Below are positions 53,979-63,713 of a stretch of 64,000 bases of DNA, in pieces (positions within the stretch are counted from its first letter, which is position 1; the number at the start of each line of letters is the position of its first letter). Below the pieces are notes generated by a model. The model saw only the letters and a list, made by a program, of their open reading frames with translations, ran no database searches and was not told where the DNA came from. The DNA is taken from the NCBI GenBank assembly GCA_035548815.1, contig DASZSF010000005.1, forward strand, positions 182,177-246,176. Reading direction: 5' to 3'. The DNA is from Minisyncoccota bacterium (GTDB lineage: Bacteria > Patescibacteriota > Minisyncoccia > Phycocordibacterales > SBAW01). Position numbers and translations under genes: made by a program.

Positions 53979-55046
53979 ATGTCAGAGTTTTACAATAACG
54001 CGATTTTTTGGGTCGAGACCGAAAAGATCAAACCAAACCCATATCAGCCCCGCCGCGAATTCGACCAGGCAAAGCTTGAAGACTTAGCAAAATCCATCCG
54101 CCAATACGGCGTCATCCAACCGCTCACCGTCACACGAAAAGAATTTGAAAAGCAGGATGGAGGCTTAGCCACAGAATATGAACTTATTGCCGGAGAACGC
54201 CGTTTGCGCGCAGCGCGTTTGGCAGGTGTCGCCCAGGTGCCTGTCATCATCCGCGCCGACTACGACGATGACAAGACTAAGCTTGAAGTCGCTATCATCG
54301 AAAACCTTCAGCGCGAAGACCTAAACCCGATGGATCGTGCGCATGCATTTGCACGCCTTGTAAACGAGTTTGGGTTTAAGCACGTGCAGGTTGCAGAGAA
54401 AGTTGGGAAAAGCCGCGAATATGTCTCAAACACTATTCGCTTGCTCGCGTTGCCGCAGGATGTGCAAACAGCATTAACCGAAGGCAAAATTTCCGAAGGC
54501 CATGCGCGCCCGCTGTTGATGCTTGTTGATAGGCCGCAAGAGCAGAGCGTGCTGTTCCGCGAAATCATGCAGAAGAAGCTCACGGTGCGCGATACGGAAT
54601 CCATTGCACGCCGCATCGCTATAGACCGCGTCCGCCGCAAAGAATATCTGTACAGCCCTGAAATTATAGACATGGAACGCGAGCTGACAGAAGCTCTTGG
54701 TACGCGTGTGATGATCGAACCAAAAGAAAACGGCGGCAAACTCTCTATCGATTTTATGGGCGAAGATGATCTTCGTATTCTGTTTGCTTCTCTTGCAAGC
54801 CGCATTGCACAAGGTCCCGCTGCGCAGAAACCAACATCGCCTCAACACGGAGAATCTTCTGCTGAAGATTCTCCTATGTCCGGTGCCGTCGCACCTACCA
54901 ATGTTTCGGACGACGTTGTTTCTGCTTCGCCTGAAGCTATAACTCCCGCACCTGACGAAAAGGCCTCCGAACTCTTAGACGACCGCAGTAAAGAAGAAAA
55001 AGAGAACGATGAGAATTCGTTCGACCCTAGCAATTTTTCTCTATGA
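53979..55046 (+). CDS. parB: ParB/Spo0J partition protein
   Basis: PNPYQPRREF, YELIAGERRLRA, IENLQREDLNP, HTH region. Confidence 0.93.
   Translation: MSEFYNNAIFWVETEKIKPNPYQPRREFDQAKLEDLAKSIRQYGVIQPLTVTRKEFEKQDGGLATEYELIAGERRLRAARLAGVAQVPVIIRADYDDDKTKLEVAIIENLQREDLNPMDRAHAFARLVNEFGFKHVQVAEKVGKSREYVSNTIRLLALPQDVQTALTEGKISEGHARPLLMLVDRPQEQSVLFREIMQKKLTVRDTESIARRIAIDRVRRKEYLYSPEIIDMERELTEALGTRVMIEPKENGGKLSIDFMGEDDLRILFASLASRIAQGPAAQKPTSPQHGESSAEDSPMSGAVAPTNVSDDVVSASPEAITPAPDEKASELLDDRSKEEKENDENSFDPSNFSL
54824..54925. repeat. 102-nt branched palindromic element, in frame within parB
   Basis: gcagaaaccaacatcg/cgacgttgtttctgc outer arms; ggagaatcttc-TGCT-gaagattctcc; ggtgc-CGTC-gcacc. Confidence 0.85.
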
Positions 55047-55684
55047 AAAAGATATATTTTGTCAGGCATGGTGAAAGCGATGCCAATGCCGGCGGGCCAC
55101 TAAAACCGGAGAATGAAGTGTCCCTTACAGAGCTTGGTCATGAGCAGGCAGAGTTTGTTGGCCAACGCGCTACAAAATTAGGCGTTGATGTAATTATTTC
55201 AAGCACGCTTTTTCGCGCTCGGCAGACTGCTGAACATATATCACAAGCAACAGGTTTGCCTGTAGAAACTTCAGATTTATTAATCGAACGACGATATCCA
55301 AGTGCAGGACATGGACGTACAAAGGATGATCCAATTCTTAAAGAAATCCTCCATGCGTTAGAAGTTCGGTTTGGTGAAGATGATCCAAAACATTCCGACG
55401 AAGAAACATTTGAAGAAATAAAAGAGCGTGTCATTAAAGCTCTTGAGTATCTTGCGAACCGCCCGGAGGAGAATATTTTAGTTGTTACGCACGGAATCAC
55501 TCTTCGGATACTTGTGGCTGTCGCACTTTTCGGCCCCGAACTGACGCGCCGTGAAGCTGGAAAGATAGTGAATGTGTTCAAAACCAAAAACACGGGTATC
55601 AGCTATTTTGAATACGATCCAGAATTGCAGCCGCATGCGCCATGGATAGTGCGCACATGGAACGATCACGCACACCTCGGGTAG
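55043..55684 (+). CDS. Histidine phosphatase family protein
   Basis: VRHGES, SSTLFRARQTA, VVTHG. Confidence 0.92.
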   Translation: MKKIYFVRHGESDANAGGPLKPENEVSLTELGHEQAEFVGQRATKLGVDVIISSTLFRARQTAEHISQATGLPVETSDLLIERRYPSAGHGRTKDDPILKEILHALEVRFGEDDPKHSDEETFEEIKERVIKALEYLANRPEENILVVTHGITLRILVAVALFGPELTRREAGKIVNVFKTKNTGISYFEYDPELQPHAPWIVRTWNDHAHLG

Positions 55685-55707
55685 TGCCTTGATATATCAA
55701 GGCAGTG

Positions 55708-57288
55708 TTAATTTTGTGTAGACGTTTGTCTTTCGAGCTGGTTGCGAATGTGGCGGCGGGCGAGGGTGGTTTTGGCGAAGTCGAGCCACTTCTTTGATGG
55801 CTTGGCGTTTTTCTTTGTTTGAATTTCAACAATGTCGCCGTTGTGGAGCATGGTATCGAGCGGTGCCATTTTGCCATTTATTTTTGCGCCTGCGACATGG
55901 TCGCCAATGTCAGAGTGTATGGCATAAGCAAAGTCCACCGGGCTTGAATTGACCGGCAGGTCGACGACGTCGCCTTTAGGCGTGAAGATAAACACGCGAT
56001 GCGTGAAAATGTCAGTCTTGAACGTTGTTTCAAAATCCTGATCGCTCGCTTCGTCTTCAAGTTCTGAAAGCCACTCTGGCGTTTCAGGCGCGCCATAGCG
56101 TGCACGCGGACGGACTTCGATCTCCGGTGCAGTTGCATCTTTTTTTGGAAGTGTGCGTGAAGGACGTTTGATTTTTGGCATCAAGCTTCGTATCCAGTCA
56201 AAACTGGTCATGCCGCGACGGGGTGCACCCGGTTTGCCGCCAGGCCCAACGCCCTCTTTGTACATAACGTGTGCGGCGATACCGAACTGCGCTTCTTGGT
56301 GCATTTCTTTGGTTCGGATCTGGATTTCTACGATGCCGCCGTCGCCCGCAAATATAGTGGTGTGCAGCCCTTGGTAACCGTTTGGTTTTGGAAAGGCGAT
56401 GTAGTCTTTAATTTTATTTGGAAGCGGTTGCCACAGGTTGTGCACGAACCCAAGCACGCGATAGCAGTCGGTAACGTCATTCACAATCACACGGAGCGCC
56501 GCAATGTCGAAGACGCTTTCGATGTCGCCGCCTTTGCGCTGGAGTTTTTGCCACAAGCTCCAGAGGCCTTTCACACGCTGCTCGACATGGAAGTTTCGGA
56601 GACCGTTCTTCGCAAGCTCTGTTTTAAGCGTACGCGACATTTTTTCGAGCCGCTCCTCTGTTTCTTCCGCGCGTTCGCTCAAAAGTTTTTTTGCTTCTGC
56701 ATAATCTTCTGGGTATGCGTATTGAAAGGCCAAATCTTCCAACTCGCGGCGGACCAAGCCCATACCCAAGCGGTGGGCGATAGCCGCGTAAATTTCCAAT
56801 GTCTCAAGCGCGATGCGTTTTTGCTTTTCAGGCGGCACGTGTTTGAGCGTGCGCATGTTGTGCAAGCGGTCCATGAGCTTGATGATGAGCACCCGTGCGT
56901 CCTGGCCTGTTGCCACGAGCAATTTGCGCAAGCTTTCGCGGTGGCGCTCCGCTCCGCGGTATTTAAACTGTCCGAGTTTGGTGACGCCTTCTACCAAAAA
57001 GCGGATTTCTTTGCCGTTTTTATCAAACGCTTTTTCTATCTGTTCTCCTGTGACGCCAACATCCTCTATGGAGTCGTGCAAAAGCCCGGCCGCAATAACC
57101 TTGGCGCTCATACCCACGCGCGCCAGGCTTTTTGCAGTCTCAATGAGGTGAATGATGTACGGTTCGCCCGAAAACCGCTTGTGGTCTTTGTGGGCTTCCG
57201 CGGCAAAGAGATAGGCCTTTTCCACCAAGGCAGCGTCCTCCTTGGACGGCCCGTTCATGAGGTTCAGTATGTCTTTCACCTCTGGCAT
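55708..57288 (-). CDS. RelA/SpoT family (p)ppGpp synthetase/hydrolase (HD, synthetase, TGS; no ACT)
   Basis: SGEPYIIH, LLHDSIED, DRLHNMRTL, KDYIAFPKPNGYQGLHT, FTPKGD..DFAYAIHSDIG. Confidence 0.93.
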   Translation of the reverse strand: MPEVKDILNLMNGPSKEDAALVEKAYLFAAEAHKDHKRFSGEPYIIHLIETAKSLARVGMSAKVIAAGLLHDSIEDVGVTGEQIEKAFDKNGKEIRFLVEGVTKLGQFKYRGAERHRESLRKLLVATGQDARVLIIKLMDRLHNMRTLKHVPPEKQKRIALETLEIYAAIAHRLGMGLVRRELEDLAFQYAYPEDYAEAKKLLSERAEETEERLEKMSRTLKTELAKNGLRNFHVEQRVKGLWSLWQKLQRKGGDIESVFDIAALRVIVNDVTDCYRVLGFVHNLWQPLPNKIKDYIAFPKPNGYQGLHTTIFAGDGGIVEIQIRTKEMHQEAQFGIAAHVMYKEGVGPGGKPGAPRRGMTSFDWIRSLMPKIKRPSRTLPKKDATAPEIEVRPRARYGAPETPEWLSELEDEASDQDFETTFKTDIFTHRVFIFTPKGDVVDLPVNSSPVDFAYAIHSDIGDHVAGAKINGKMAPLDTMLHNGDIVEIQTKKNAKPSKKWLDFAKTTLARRHIRNQLERQTSTQN

Positions 57289-57305
57289 AGTGCCAGTATA
57301 TACGG

Positions 57306-59651
57306 TTATTCGTCTTTTTTCTTCTTTGCGAAACCGCGGCGCTTTTTTTCTTCTTTCAAGATTTCGAGCGCGCGGTCGAGCGTAATGGTGTACACGTCGT
57401 CGGTTTTGAGCGAGCGGAAGTCTGGTTTTGGTTTTGTGTTGTGAGCAATGTACGGTCCAAAGCGTCCGACATTTGCAGTTATGCTTTCGCCGGTATCCGG
57501 GTGCGCGCCCAACGTGCGCGGCAAGGCCAAGTAGTGCAATGCGTCTGCCAATGTCACAGTTGCAGGATCTTTTTCTTTCGGAATAGATGCGCGTTTAGGT
57601 TTTGCTTTTTTAGTTGAGCCTTTACCTGTCGGCATTTCGCCAAGTTGTACGTACGGTCCAAAGCGCCCCGACAGAACAAATATATCCAGGCCGGTTTCCG
57701 GGTCTTTGCCGATTGGCTCGTTATCATTTGAAATAACTTCACCAGCGTCTGTGCGCGAACCGACACATTCAGGGAAGCGCGAACAGCTCATAAACTTTCC
57801 ACCGCGTGAAAGCTTGAAGACCATCGGTGCGCCGCAAATTGGGCAAGGGAATTCTGCTGGAGCAGGACCCAAGTCCGTTAGCTTGCCCGCCTCTTTGTCT
57901 TTTATTTTTACTTCTTTCAAAAACGGTGTGTAAAAATCCTTGAGGGTCTTTGCGTATTCGCGTTTGCCTGTGGCGATATCGTCGAGCTCGTCCTCCATTT
58001 CGGCGGTAAAGGTATCGCTGATGTAGGTAGGGAAGTTCTCTTCCAAGAATGTTGAAACAACATCGCCTGTGTCTGTTGGCACGAGCGAACGGCCTTCTTT
58101 GACGACATAGCCGCGGTCATCGAGCGTGCGCATGATAGATGCGTACGTAGACGGGCGGCCGATACCGCGCTTTTCAAGTTCCTTCACGAGCCCGGCTTCG
58201 GTGTAGCGCTGGGGCGGCGTGGTCTGCTTTTCATCTATATGTGTGTCGACGACATTCAATACTTCGCCTTCCTTTACTTCAGGCAGTTCGACATCCTCGC
58301 CGCGCGCAGCAGGGTCGGCACGAAGCCAGCCGTCGAACAGCACGCGCGAACCATTCGCTGAAAAGAAAAATTCTGAAGAATCTTTCTTTCCTTTCTCGCC
58401 AAATGAGAGTTCGTAGGTCACAAAGTCAGATGTATCCTCCGTGTCCTGGCTTTCATCGCCGCCTGTATGCGACTCAACATGCGCACGTTCGTAGGCATGC
58501 ACGTCAGTTTTTGTTTTGGCAATGATTTTGGTGCGCAAAATCTTTGCATCTGCCATCTGCGATGCAACAGTGCGCGCCCAAATAAGTTCGTATAAGCGTT
58601 TTTGTTCAGGCGTGGTGCCTGCCGACTCTTTTTCTATGTGCGTCGGGCGGATAGCCTCGTGCGCTTCCTGTGCATTCTTTGATTTGGTCGTAAAGACGCG
58701 CGATTGAGCGTAGTTTCCGCCATACTTCTTTTCGACATGTTTCAAGATCGCACCCTGAGCAGGCTTGCCCAGGTTTGTTGAGTCGGTACGCATATAGGTA
58801 ATGTGCCCTGCTTCGTAGAGTTTCTGCGCAATGCGCATGGTGTTGGCAGGGGAGAATCCAAGTCGCGAGCTTGCTGTCTGCTGAAGCGTCGATGTCGTAA
58901 ACGGTGCGCGCGTTGAACGCTTTGCTTCAGTCTCTGTAACGCCTTGGACGGTAAGCCCTTCTTTTTTTACAAGGATGCCGAGTTCGTCGGCATTGTCTTT
59001 ATCTCCCAAGTCGCGATTTGCGGTAAGGGTGAGCGCCTCCTTCTTTTTGGTCGTCGTGTCTGCACTAACAACATAGTAGGTTTGCGGTACGAATGCGCGT
59101 ATCTCTCGCTCGCGTTCCATCAAAATGCGCAGCGCTGGGCTTTGCACGCGGCCAGCCGAAAGGCCGTATCGGACCTTTTTCCAAATCAATCCCGAAAGAT
59201 CATAACCTACCAAACGGTCGAGCACGCGGCGTGCCTCCTGCGCCTGGCGGAGATTTTCGTCAATCTGGCGCGGGTGTTCAATTGCCTCTTGAATAGCCTC
59301 CTTGGTAATTTCGTGAAATACGATGCGTTCAGGTTTTTTGAGGCCAAGCTCGTCTTGGATATGCCAGGCAATAGCTTCGCCTTCGCGGTCGGGGTCGGTC
59401 GCAAGGATCACTTCGCTTGCTTTTTTTGCGAGATTTTTTAGATCGTGTATGACATCGACTTTACCGGGCACGACTTCGTAGTGGGGGACAAAGCCCGCCT
59501 CTATATCAATAGCTTTTTTGTTGCTTTTTGGGAGGTCGCGTACATGCCCTACAGATGCACGCACGACAAAATCGCCGGACGAATCTATGTCCTTTAAGTA
59601 TTTTTCGATAGTCTTTGCCTTTGCGGGGCTTTCGACGATGACTAGCTTCAT
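57306..59651 (-). CDS. topA: DNA topoisomerase I
   Basis: LVIVESPAKAKTI, ATDPDREGEAI, SAGRVQS, ITYMRTDS, one Zn ribbon, C-terminal GRFGPY repeats. Confidence 0.97.
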   Translation of the reverse strand: MKLVIVESPAKAKTIEKYLKDIDSSGDFVVRASVGHVRDLPKSNKKAIDIEAGFVPHYEVVPGKVDVIHDLKNLAKKASEVILATDPDREGEAIAWHIQDELGLKKPERIVFHEITKEAIQEAIEHPRQIDENLRQAQEARRVLDRLVGYDLSGLIWKKVRYGLSAGRVQSPALRILMEREREIRAFVPQTYYVVSADTTTKKKEALTLTANRDLGDKDNADELGILVKKEGLTVQGVTETEAKRSTRAPFTTSTLQQTASSRLGFSPANTMRIAQKLYEAGHITYMRTDSTNLGKPAQGAILKHVEKKYGGNYAQSRVFTTKSKNAQEAHEAIRPTHIEKESAGTTPEQKRLYELIWARTVASQMADAKILRTKIIAKTKTDVHAYERAHVESHTGGDESQDTEDTSDFVTYELSFGEKGKKDSSEFFFSANGSRVLFDGWLRADPAARGEDVELPEVKEGEVLNVVDTHIDEKQTTPPQRYTEAGLVKELEKRGIGRPSTYASIMRTLDDRGYVVKEGRSLVPTDTGDVVSTFLEENFPTYISDTFTAEMEDELDDIATGKREYAKTLKDFYTPFLKEVKIKDKEAGKLTDLGPAPAEFPCPICGAPMVFKLSRGGKFMSCSRFPECVGSRTDAGEVISNDNEPIGKDPETGLDIFVLSGRFGPYVQLGEMPTGKGSTKKAKPKRASIPKEKDPATVTLADALHYLALPRTLGAHPDTGESITANVGRFGPYIAHNTKPKPDFRSLKTDDVYTITLDRALEILKEEKKRRGFAKKKKDE

Positions 59652-59664
59652 TTCAGTTGTTCTA

Positions 59665-60528
59665 TCATACACGTTCAATTTTTCCTAACCGCTCTGCAAT
59701 GAGTCCGCGAATAAGCAGTGACGATAGTGCGATGTTCGCATCCTGTGCAGACAGGTCGCACGCGACGATTAGCTCGTCACTTTGAAGTGGCTCTATTAGC
59801 ATTCCAAGTATCGCTGCTTCGTTGTCGGTCAGGTCCATTGGGAGTGCCGTTTGCTGTATCGAGTCGTCTGTTTTGAATCCAAGTGCCGCGAGGATGTCAT
59901 TGCTGTTTCTAACCAGCGTTGCGCCTTCGCGAATGAGCCTGTTGACGCCCATGCCGGTAGGCCGGTCGAGCTCGTGCGGTATAGCCAGTACTTCGCGGTT
60001 GTAGTCGAGCGCTAGACGGGCCGTAATGAGCGTGCCCGACTTTTCGCCCGCCTCTACTATTAACGTTGCCTTGGACATGCCAGCAACGATACGGTTACGC
60101 TGGGGAAAGGAGTGGATCATAGCCGTAAACGGTCCTTCGTTTTCAGAAAGCAGCGTGCCTCCTTTCAATAATATAGTGTGCGCGAGGTTTATATTTCCAG
60201 CAGGATACAACGATTTGTCATCGAGACTTGAAGGGAGTATCGCTATTGTGGGGAGCCTAACGTCAAGCGCAGCGCGATGAGCTTCGGAGTCGATTCCAAA
60301 CGCGAGCCCCGACACTATTGTTATCGGATACTGCGCCAGCCCCGCGATAAGTTTGTGAGTCATCCGTTTGCCATAGGCAGTAGAGGCACGAGAGCCCACG
60401 ACGCACAACGTTGTGTTGTCGCGCGGAGGCATTTCTCCCCGGATGAACAAGCGCGTAGGAGCATCGGGAATGTGCCGCAAAAGTGGGGGAAAATCATTCG
60501 CGTCCAGTTGTCGGATAGGAAAACGCAT
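59665..60528 (-). CDS. dprA: DNA-processing protein DprA
   Basis: VVGSR, VSGLAFGIDSEAH, FPQRNRIVAG, EAGEKSGTLITA. Confidence 0.95.
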   Translation of the reverse strand: MRFPIRQLDANDFPPLLRHIPDAPTRLFIRGEMPPRDNTTLCVVGSRASTAYGKRMTHKLIAGLAQYPITIVSGLAFGIDSEAHRAALDVRLPTIAILPSSLDDKSLYPAGNINLAHTILLKGGTLLSENEGPFTAMIHSFPQRNRIVAGMSKATLIVEAGEKSGTLITARLALDYNREVLAIPHELDRPTGMGVNRLIREGATLVRNSNDILAALGFKTDDSIQQTALPMDLTDNEAAILGMLIEPLQSDELIVACDLSAQDANIALSSLLIRGLIAERLGKIERV

Positions 60529-60560
60529 TGTACTATTCATTATATTGCACTGATACGAGT

Positions 60561-61853
60561 ATGCTTGATATTGCGTTTATTCGAGACAATCCGGACATCG
60601 TTCGGGCAACGCTAAAAAATAAGAACCGCGAAGGCACGGTCGATCTTGATCGCGTGCTTGTGCTTGCAGACGAACGCAAAGAGGCAGCTGCCCGCGTGAG
60701 CGACATCAACCATAAGCGCAACCAGGCTCAGCAGAATCGCGACATCGAAGCAGGCAAACAGCTCAAAGAAGAGCTTGCTGGAGCTGAAGAAAAATACAAA
60801 GAGCTTGAAAAGGAGCTTGTCTCTTTATTGATAAAAATACCGAACATCCCATCAGCTGATACCCCCATTGGGCCTGACGAATCGGGCAATCAGGTCATCC
60901 GCCAGTGGGGCGAGAAGCCTGCCTTTTCGTTCAAACCAAAAGAGCATTGGGAACTTGGTAAAGAACTCGGCGTCATCAATACCGAAAAAGCATCGGAAGT
61001 GTCTGGTGCGCGCTTCGCATATTTGATGGGAGATTTAGCGTTACTTGAATTTTCTTTGATGCGATTTGCATGGGATGTTTTGACCTCGCGCGAGAAACTC
61101 GGCGAGATAATCGCACACGCTGGCCTTTCGGTAAGCGACAAACCATTCACCCCTGTTATCCCGCCGGTTTTGATGCGCAGCCAGGTCATGAACCGTATGG
61201 CGCGATTGGACCCAATAGACGAGCGCTACTATTTTGAAAAAGACGACATGGTCTTCATTGGTTCTGCGGAACATACACTCGGGCCTCTGCATATGGACGA
61301 GAATATTCCTGAAGACCATCTGCCGCTCCGCTACGCTGCGCTCACGCCGGCGTTCCGTCGCGAAGCCGGGAGTTATGGCAAAGACACCAAGGGTATTTTG
61401 CGCATGCACCAGTTCAACAAGCTTGAGATGGAGACATTTTCAAAGCCTGAAGACGGTTTGGCAGAACAGCAGCTCATGGTTGCGATACAGGAGTATTTAA
61501 TGCAGCAGCTCGAGCTCCACTACCAAGTCATTTCTATCTGCACCGGCGACATGGGCTTCCCAGACCAGCGCCAGATAGATATAGAGACCTGGATGCCAGG
61601 TCAAGACACATACCGCGAAACGCACACGTCCGATTACATCGGAGGTTTTCAGGCACGCCGTTTAAATACAAAAGTGAAGCGTCATGACGGCACATCGGAG
61701 CCTGTGCATATGAACGACGCGACAGCACTTTCACAACGTCCGCTTATTGCCATCTTGGAAAACTATCAGAACGAAGACGGCTCCGTAACTATTCCAAAGG
61801 TCTTGCGCCCCTACATGGGCGGAAGAGAAAAAATCGAAAAGAAGGGCGTATGA
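60561..61853 (+). CDS. serS: Serine--tRNA ligase
   Basis: MLDIAFIR, AFRREAGSYGKDTKGILRMHQFNKLE, DIETWMPGQ, ILENYQ. Confidence 0.97.
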   Translation: MLDIAFIRDNPDIVRATLKNKNREGTVDLDRVLVLADERKEAAARVSDINHKRNQAQQNRDIEAGKQLKEELAGAEEKYKELEKELVSLLIKIPNIPSADTPIGPDESGNQVIRQWGEKPAFSFKPKEHWELGKELGVINTEKASEVSGARFAYLMGDLALLEFSLMRFAWDVLTSREKLGEIIAHAGLSVSDKPFTPVIPPVLMRSQVMNRMARLDPIDERYYFEKDDMVFIGSAEHTLGPLHMDENIPEDHLPLRYAALTPAFRREAGSYGKDTKGILRMHQFNKLEMETFSKPEDGLAEQQLMVAIQEYLMQQLELHYQVISICTGDMGFPDQRQIDIETWMPGQDTYRETHTSDYIGGFQARRLNTKVKRHDGTSEPVHMNDATALSQRPLIAILENYQNEDGSVTIPKVLRPYMGGREKIEKKGV

Positions 61854-62665
61854 CCTCGCGGCTCCGCGCACGCAGACGCCGCCGCGCGTATATAATCGCG
61901 GGACTTATCGCATTGGTGGTAGTGCTTCTGGCCGTGCTCGCATGGGCATTTGTAAGCGCGCCGTTCGCACGCATTACAAAAGTGACCGTGTCAGGCAGCA
62001 ATGTGGTGCCAGCGTCATCTATTGAAGACGCAGTACAGCATGAGTTGAAAGGGAAGTATGCGTTTATCTTTCCTAAAGACAGCATCTTTTTATATTCGCG
62101 CCATACAATTGAAGATGCAGTGCTGTCGCTGTATCCGACGCTTAAAACAGTTGGCGTTCACGCAAAAGATTTTCATACGCTCTCTGTTGTCGTGACGGAG
62201 CGCACGCCAAAAGCTCTGTGGTGCGGAACCGACGCATCCAGCGCGGCAAATACCTGCATGTTTCTTGATGAAAATGCTTTGGCGTACGCGTATGCACCCC
62301 AATATAGCGACACTGCATACACGACCTACTATGGCGCGCTAAAGCCGGGCACTGCGTCATCATCAAAACAATTTCTGACGAGTGACCAGTTTCATTCTTT
62401 GTCTGCGCTTGCTCGAACATTTGAACAGCATGTCGCTCCGGACCGGCTTTCGTATGTGAGTGTCAATGCAGATGACGATGCGACGCTCCAGTTCGCGCCT
62501 GGCTACTCCATACGCTTTTCACTGCATGATGATGGCGGAGACATCTACAACCACTTCACGGTAGCTCAAAAAGCCGCATCATTCGCCAACCATCCGCTGT
62601 CTGATTTTGACTACATCGACCTGCGCTTTGGCGACAAGGTGTACTACAAGCTCAAAAACGAGTAA
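61850..62665 (+). CDS. FtsQ/DivIB-like POTRA protein
   Basis: Basic N-terminus, TM, ITKVTVSG, VTERTP, DYIDLRFGDKVYYK. Confidence 0.82.
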   Translation: MTSRLRARRRRRAYIIAGLIALVVVLLAVLAWAFVSAPFARITKVTVSGSNVVPASSIEDAVQHELKGKYAFIFPKDSIFLYSRHTIEDAVLSLYPTLKTVGVHAKDFHTLSVVVTERTPKALWCGTDASSAANTCMFLDENALAYAYAPQYSDTAYTTYYGALKPGTASSSKQFLTSDQFHSLSALARTFEQHVAPDRLSYVSVNADDDATLQFAPGYSIRFSLHDDGGDIYNHFTVAQKAASFANHPLSDFDYIDLRFGDKVYYKLKNE

Positions 62666-62674
62666 GGTGTCTCT

Positions 62675-63709
62675 ATGAAGGGATTCTGGGGCATGCTCAA
62701 AAAACCTATCTATGTATTGGCGCCGATGGCAGATGTTACCGACGCGGCATTTCGGCGCATCATCGCTAAGTATTCAAAAGTTGGTGGAGGCACACCTTAC
62801 GTCACCTATACAGAGTTCGTCTCGGCTGATGGGTTAGCATTGGCGCCTGAAGAGGGCAGGCAGAAGCTGCTGCGCGATTTGGCATTTAGCGAAGGCGAGC
62901 GGCCTATAGTCGCGCAGTTTTTTAGTGCCATTCCAGAACATATGGAAAAAGCTGCAAAATTGGCCAGCGAGCTTGGGTTTGATGGCGTAGACATCAACAT
63001 GGGTTGCCCAGCTGACGCAGTGGTCCGCCAAGGCGCAGGCGCAGAGCTCATAAAGCATCCAGAGCTCGCACAAGAATTAATTGCTGCTGCAAAACAGGGT
63101 GCTGGTGCGCTGCCCGTGTCAGTAAAAACACGGCTTGGGTACAACACAGACATTTTGGAAGAATGGCTACCGATATTACTTAAAGCCAAACCCGAAGTTG
63201 TGACCATTCATGCGCGAACCCGAAAAGAGATGTCGGCAGTGCCAGCGCGATGGGAGCGAATCGCACGTGCAGTAGAAATTCGGAACGAACAGGACAGCGA
63301 TGCGCTTATCATCGGCAACGGGGATTTGAAGAACATCGCCGATGCAAAAGAAAAAGTTGAAGCCACCGGTGCTGACGGCGCGATGCTTGGCCGCGCTATT
63401 TTTGGTAACCCGTGGTTGTTCTCAAGTTTGGTAAAGCCTGCGCAGAACTTTTCGATCGGTTCTGGGGAACCGCGAGAAAGTTCTGACTCCGGCATCCCCG
63501 AGCGTTTGAGAGTCGCAGTCGAACACACAAAACTTTTCGAAAAACTTTTAGGAGATGTAAAAAATTTCGCACTCATGAAAAAGCATTTCAAAGCGTATGC
63601 AGAAGGGTTCCCTGGTGCAAAAGAGTTGCGCGTAAAGCTCATGGAGACAAGTAATGCACATGAGATCGAAGAAATAGTAGAAGAGTTTTTAAAGGCGGGA
63701 GTATACTAG
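62675..63709 (+). CDS. tRNA-dihydrouridine synthase
   Basis: LAPMADVTD, DINMGCP, SVKTRLG, TIHART, IGNGD, MLGRAIFGNPW. Confidence 0.93.
   Translation: MKGFWGMLKKPIYVLAPMADVTDAAFRRIIAKYSKVGGGTPYVTYTEFVSADGLALAPEEGRQKLLRDLAFSEGERPIVAQFFSAIPEHMEKAAKLASELGFDGVDINMGCPADAVVRQGAGAELIKHPELAQELIAAAKQGAGALPVSVKTRLGYNTDILEEWLPILLKAKPEVVTIHARTRKEMSAVPARWERIARAVEIRNEQDSDALIIGNGDLKNIADAKEKVEATGADGAMLGRAIFGNPWLFSSLVKPAQNFSIGSGEPRESSDSGIPERLRVAVEHTKLFEKLLGDVKNFALMKKHFKAYAEGFPGAKELRVKLMETSNAHEIEEIVEEFLKAGVY
63436..63493. repeat. Palindromic element within the dus inter-domain linker
   Basis: cagaacttt..cggttc-tggg-gaaccg..aaagttctg. Confidence 0.7.
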
Positions 63710-63713
63710 TGGC

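Noticed and set aside
53979-55046. Plasmid-type partition locus
   Set aside because: No adjacent parA and no parS palindrome noticed; context is chromosomal.
56269-57444. 391-aa plus-strand ORF
   Set aside because: Antisense shadow of relA/spoT; no recognisable motifs.
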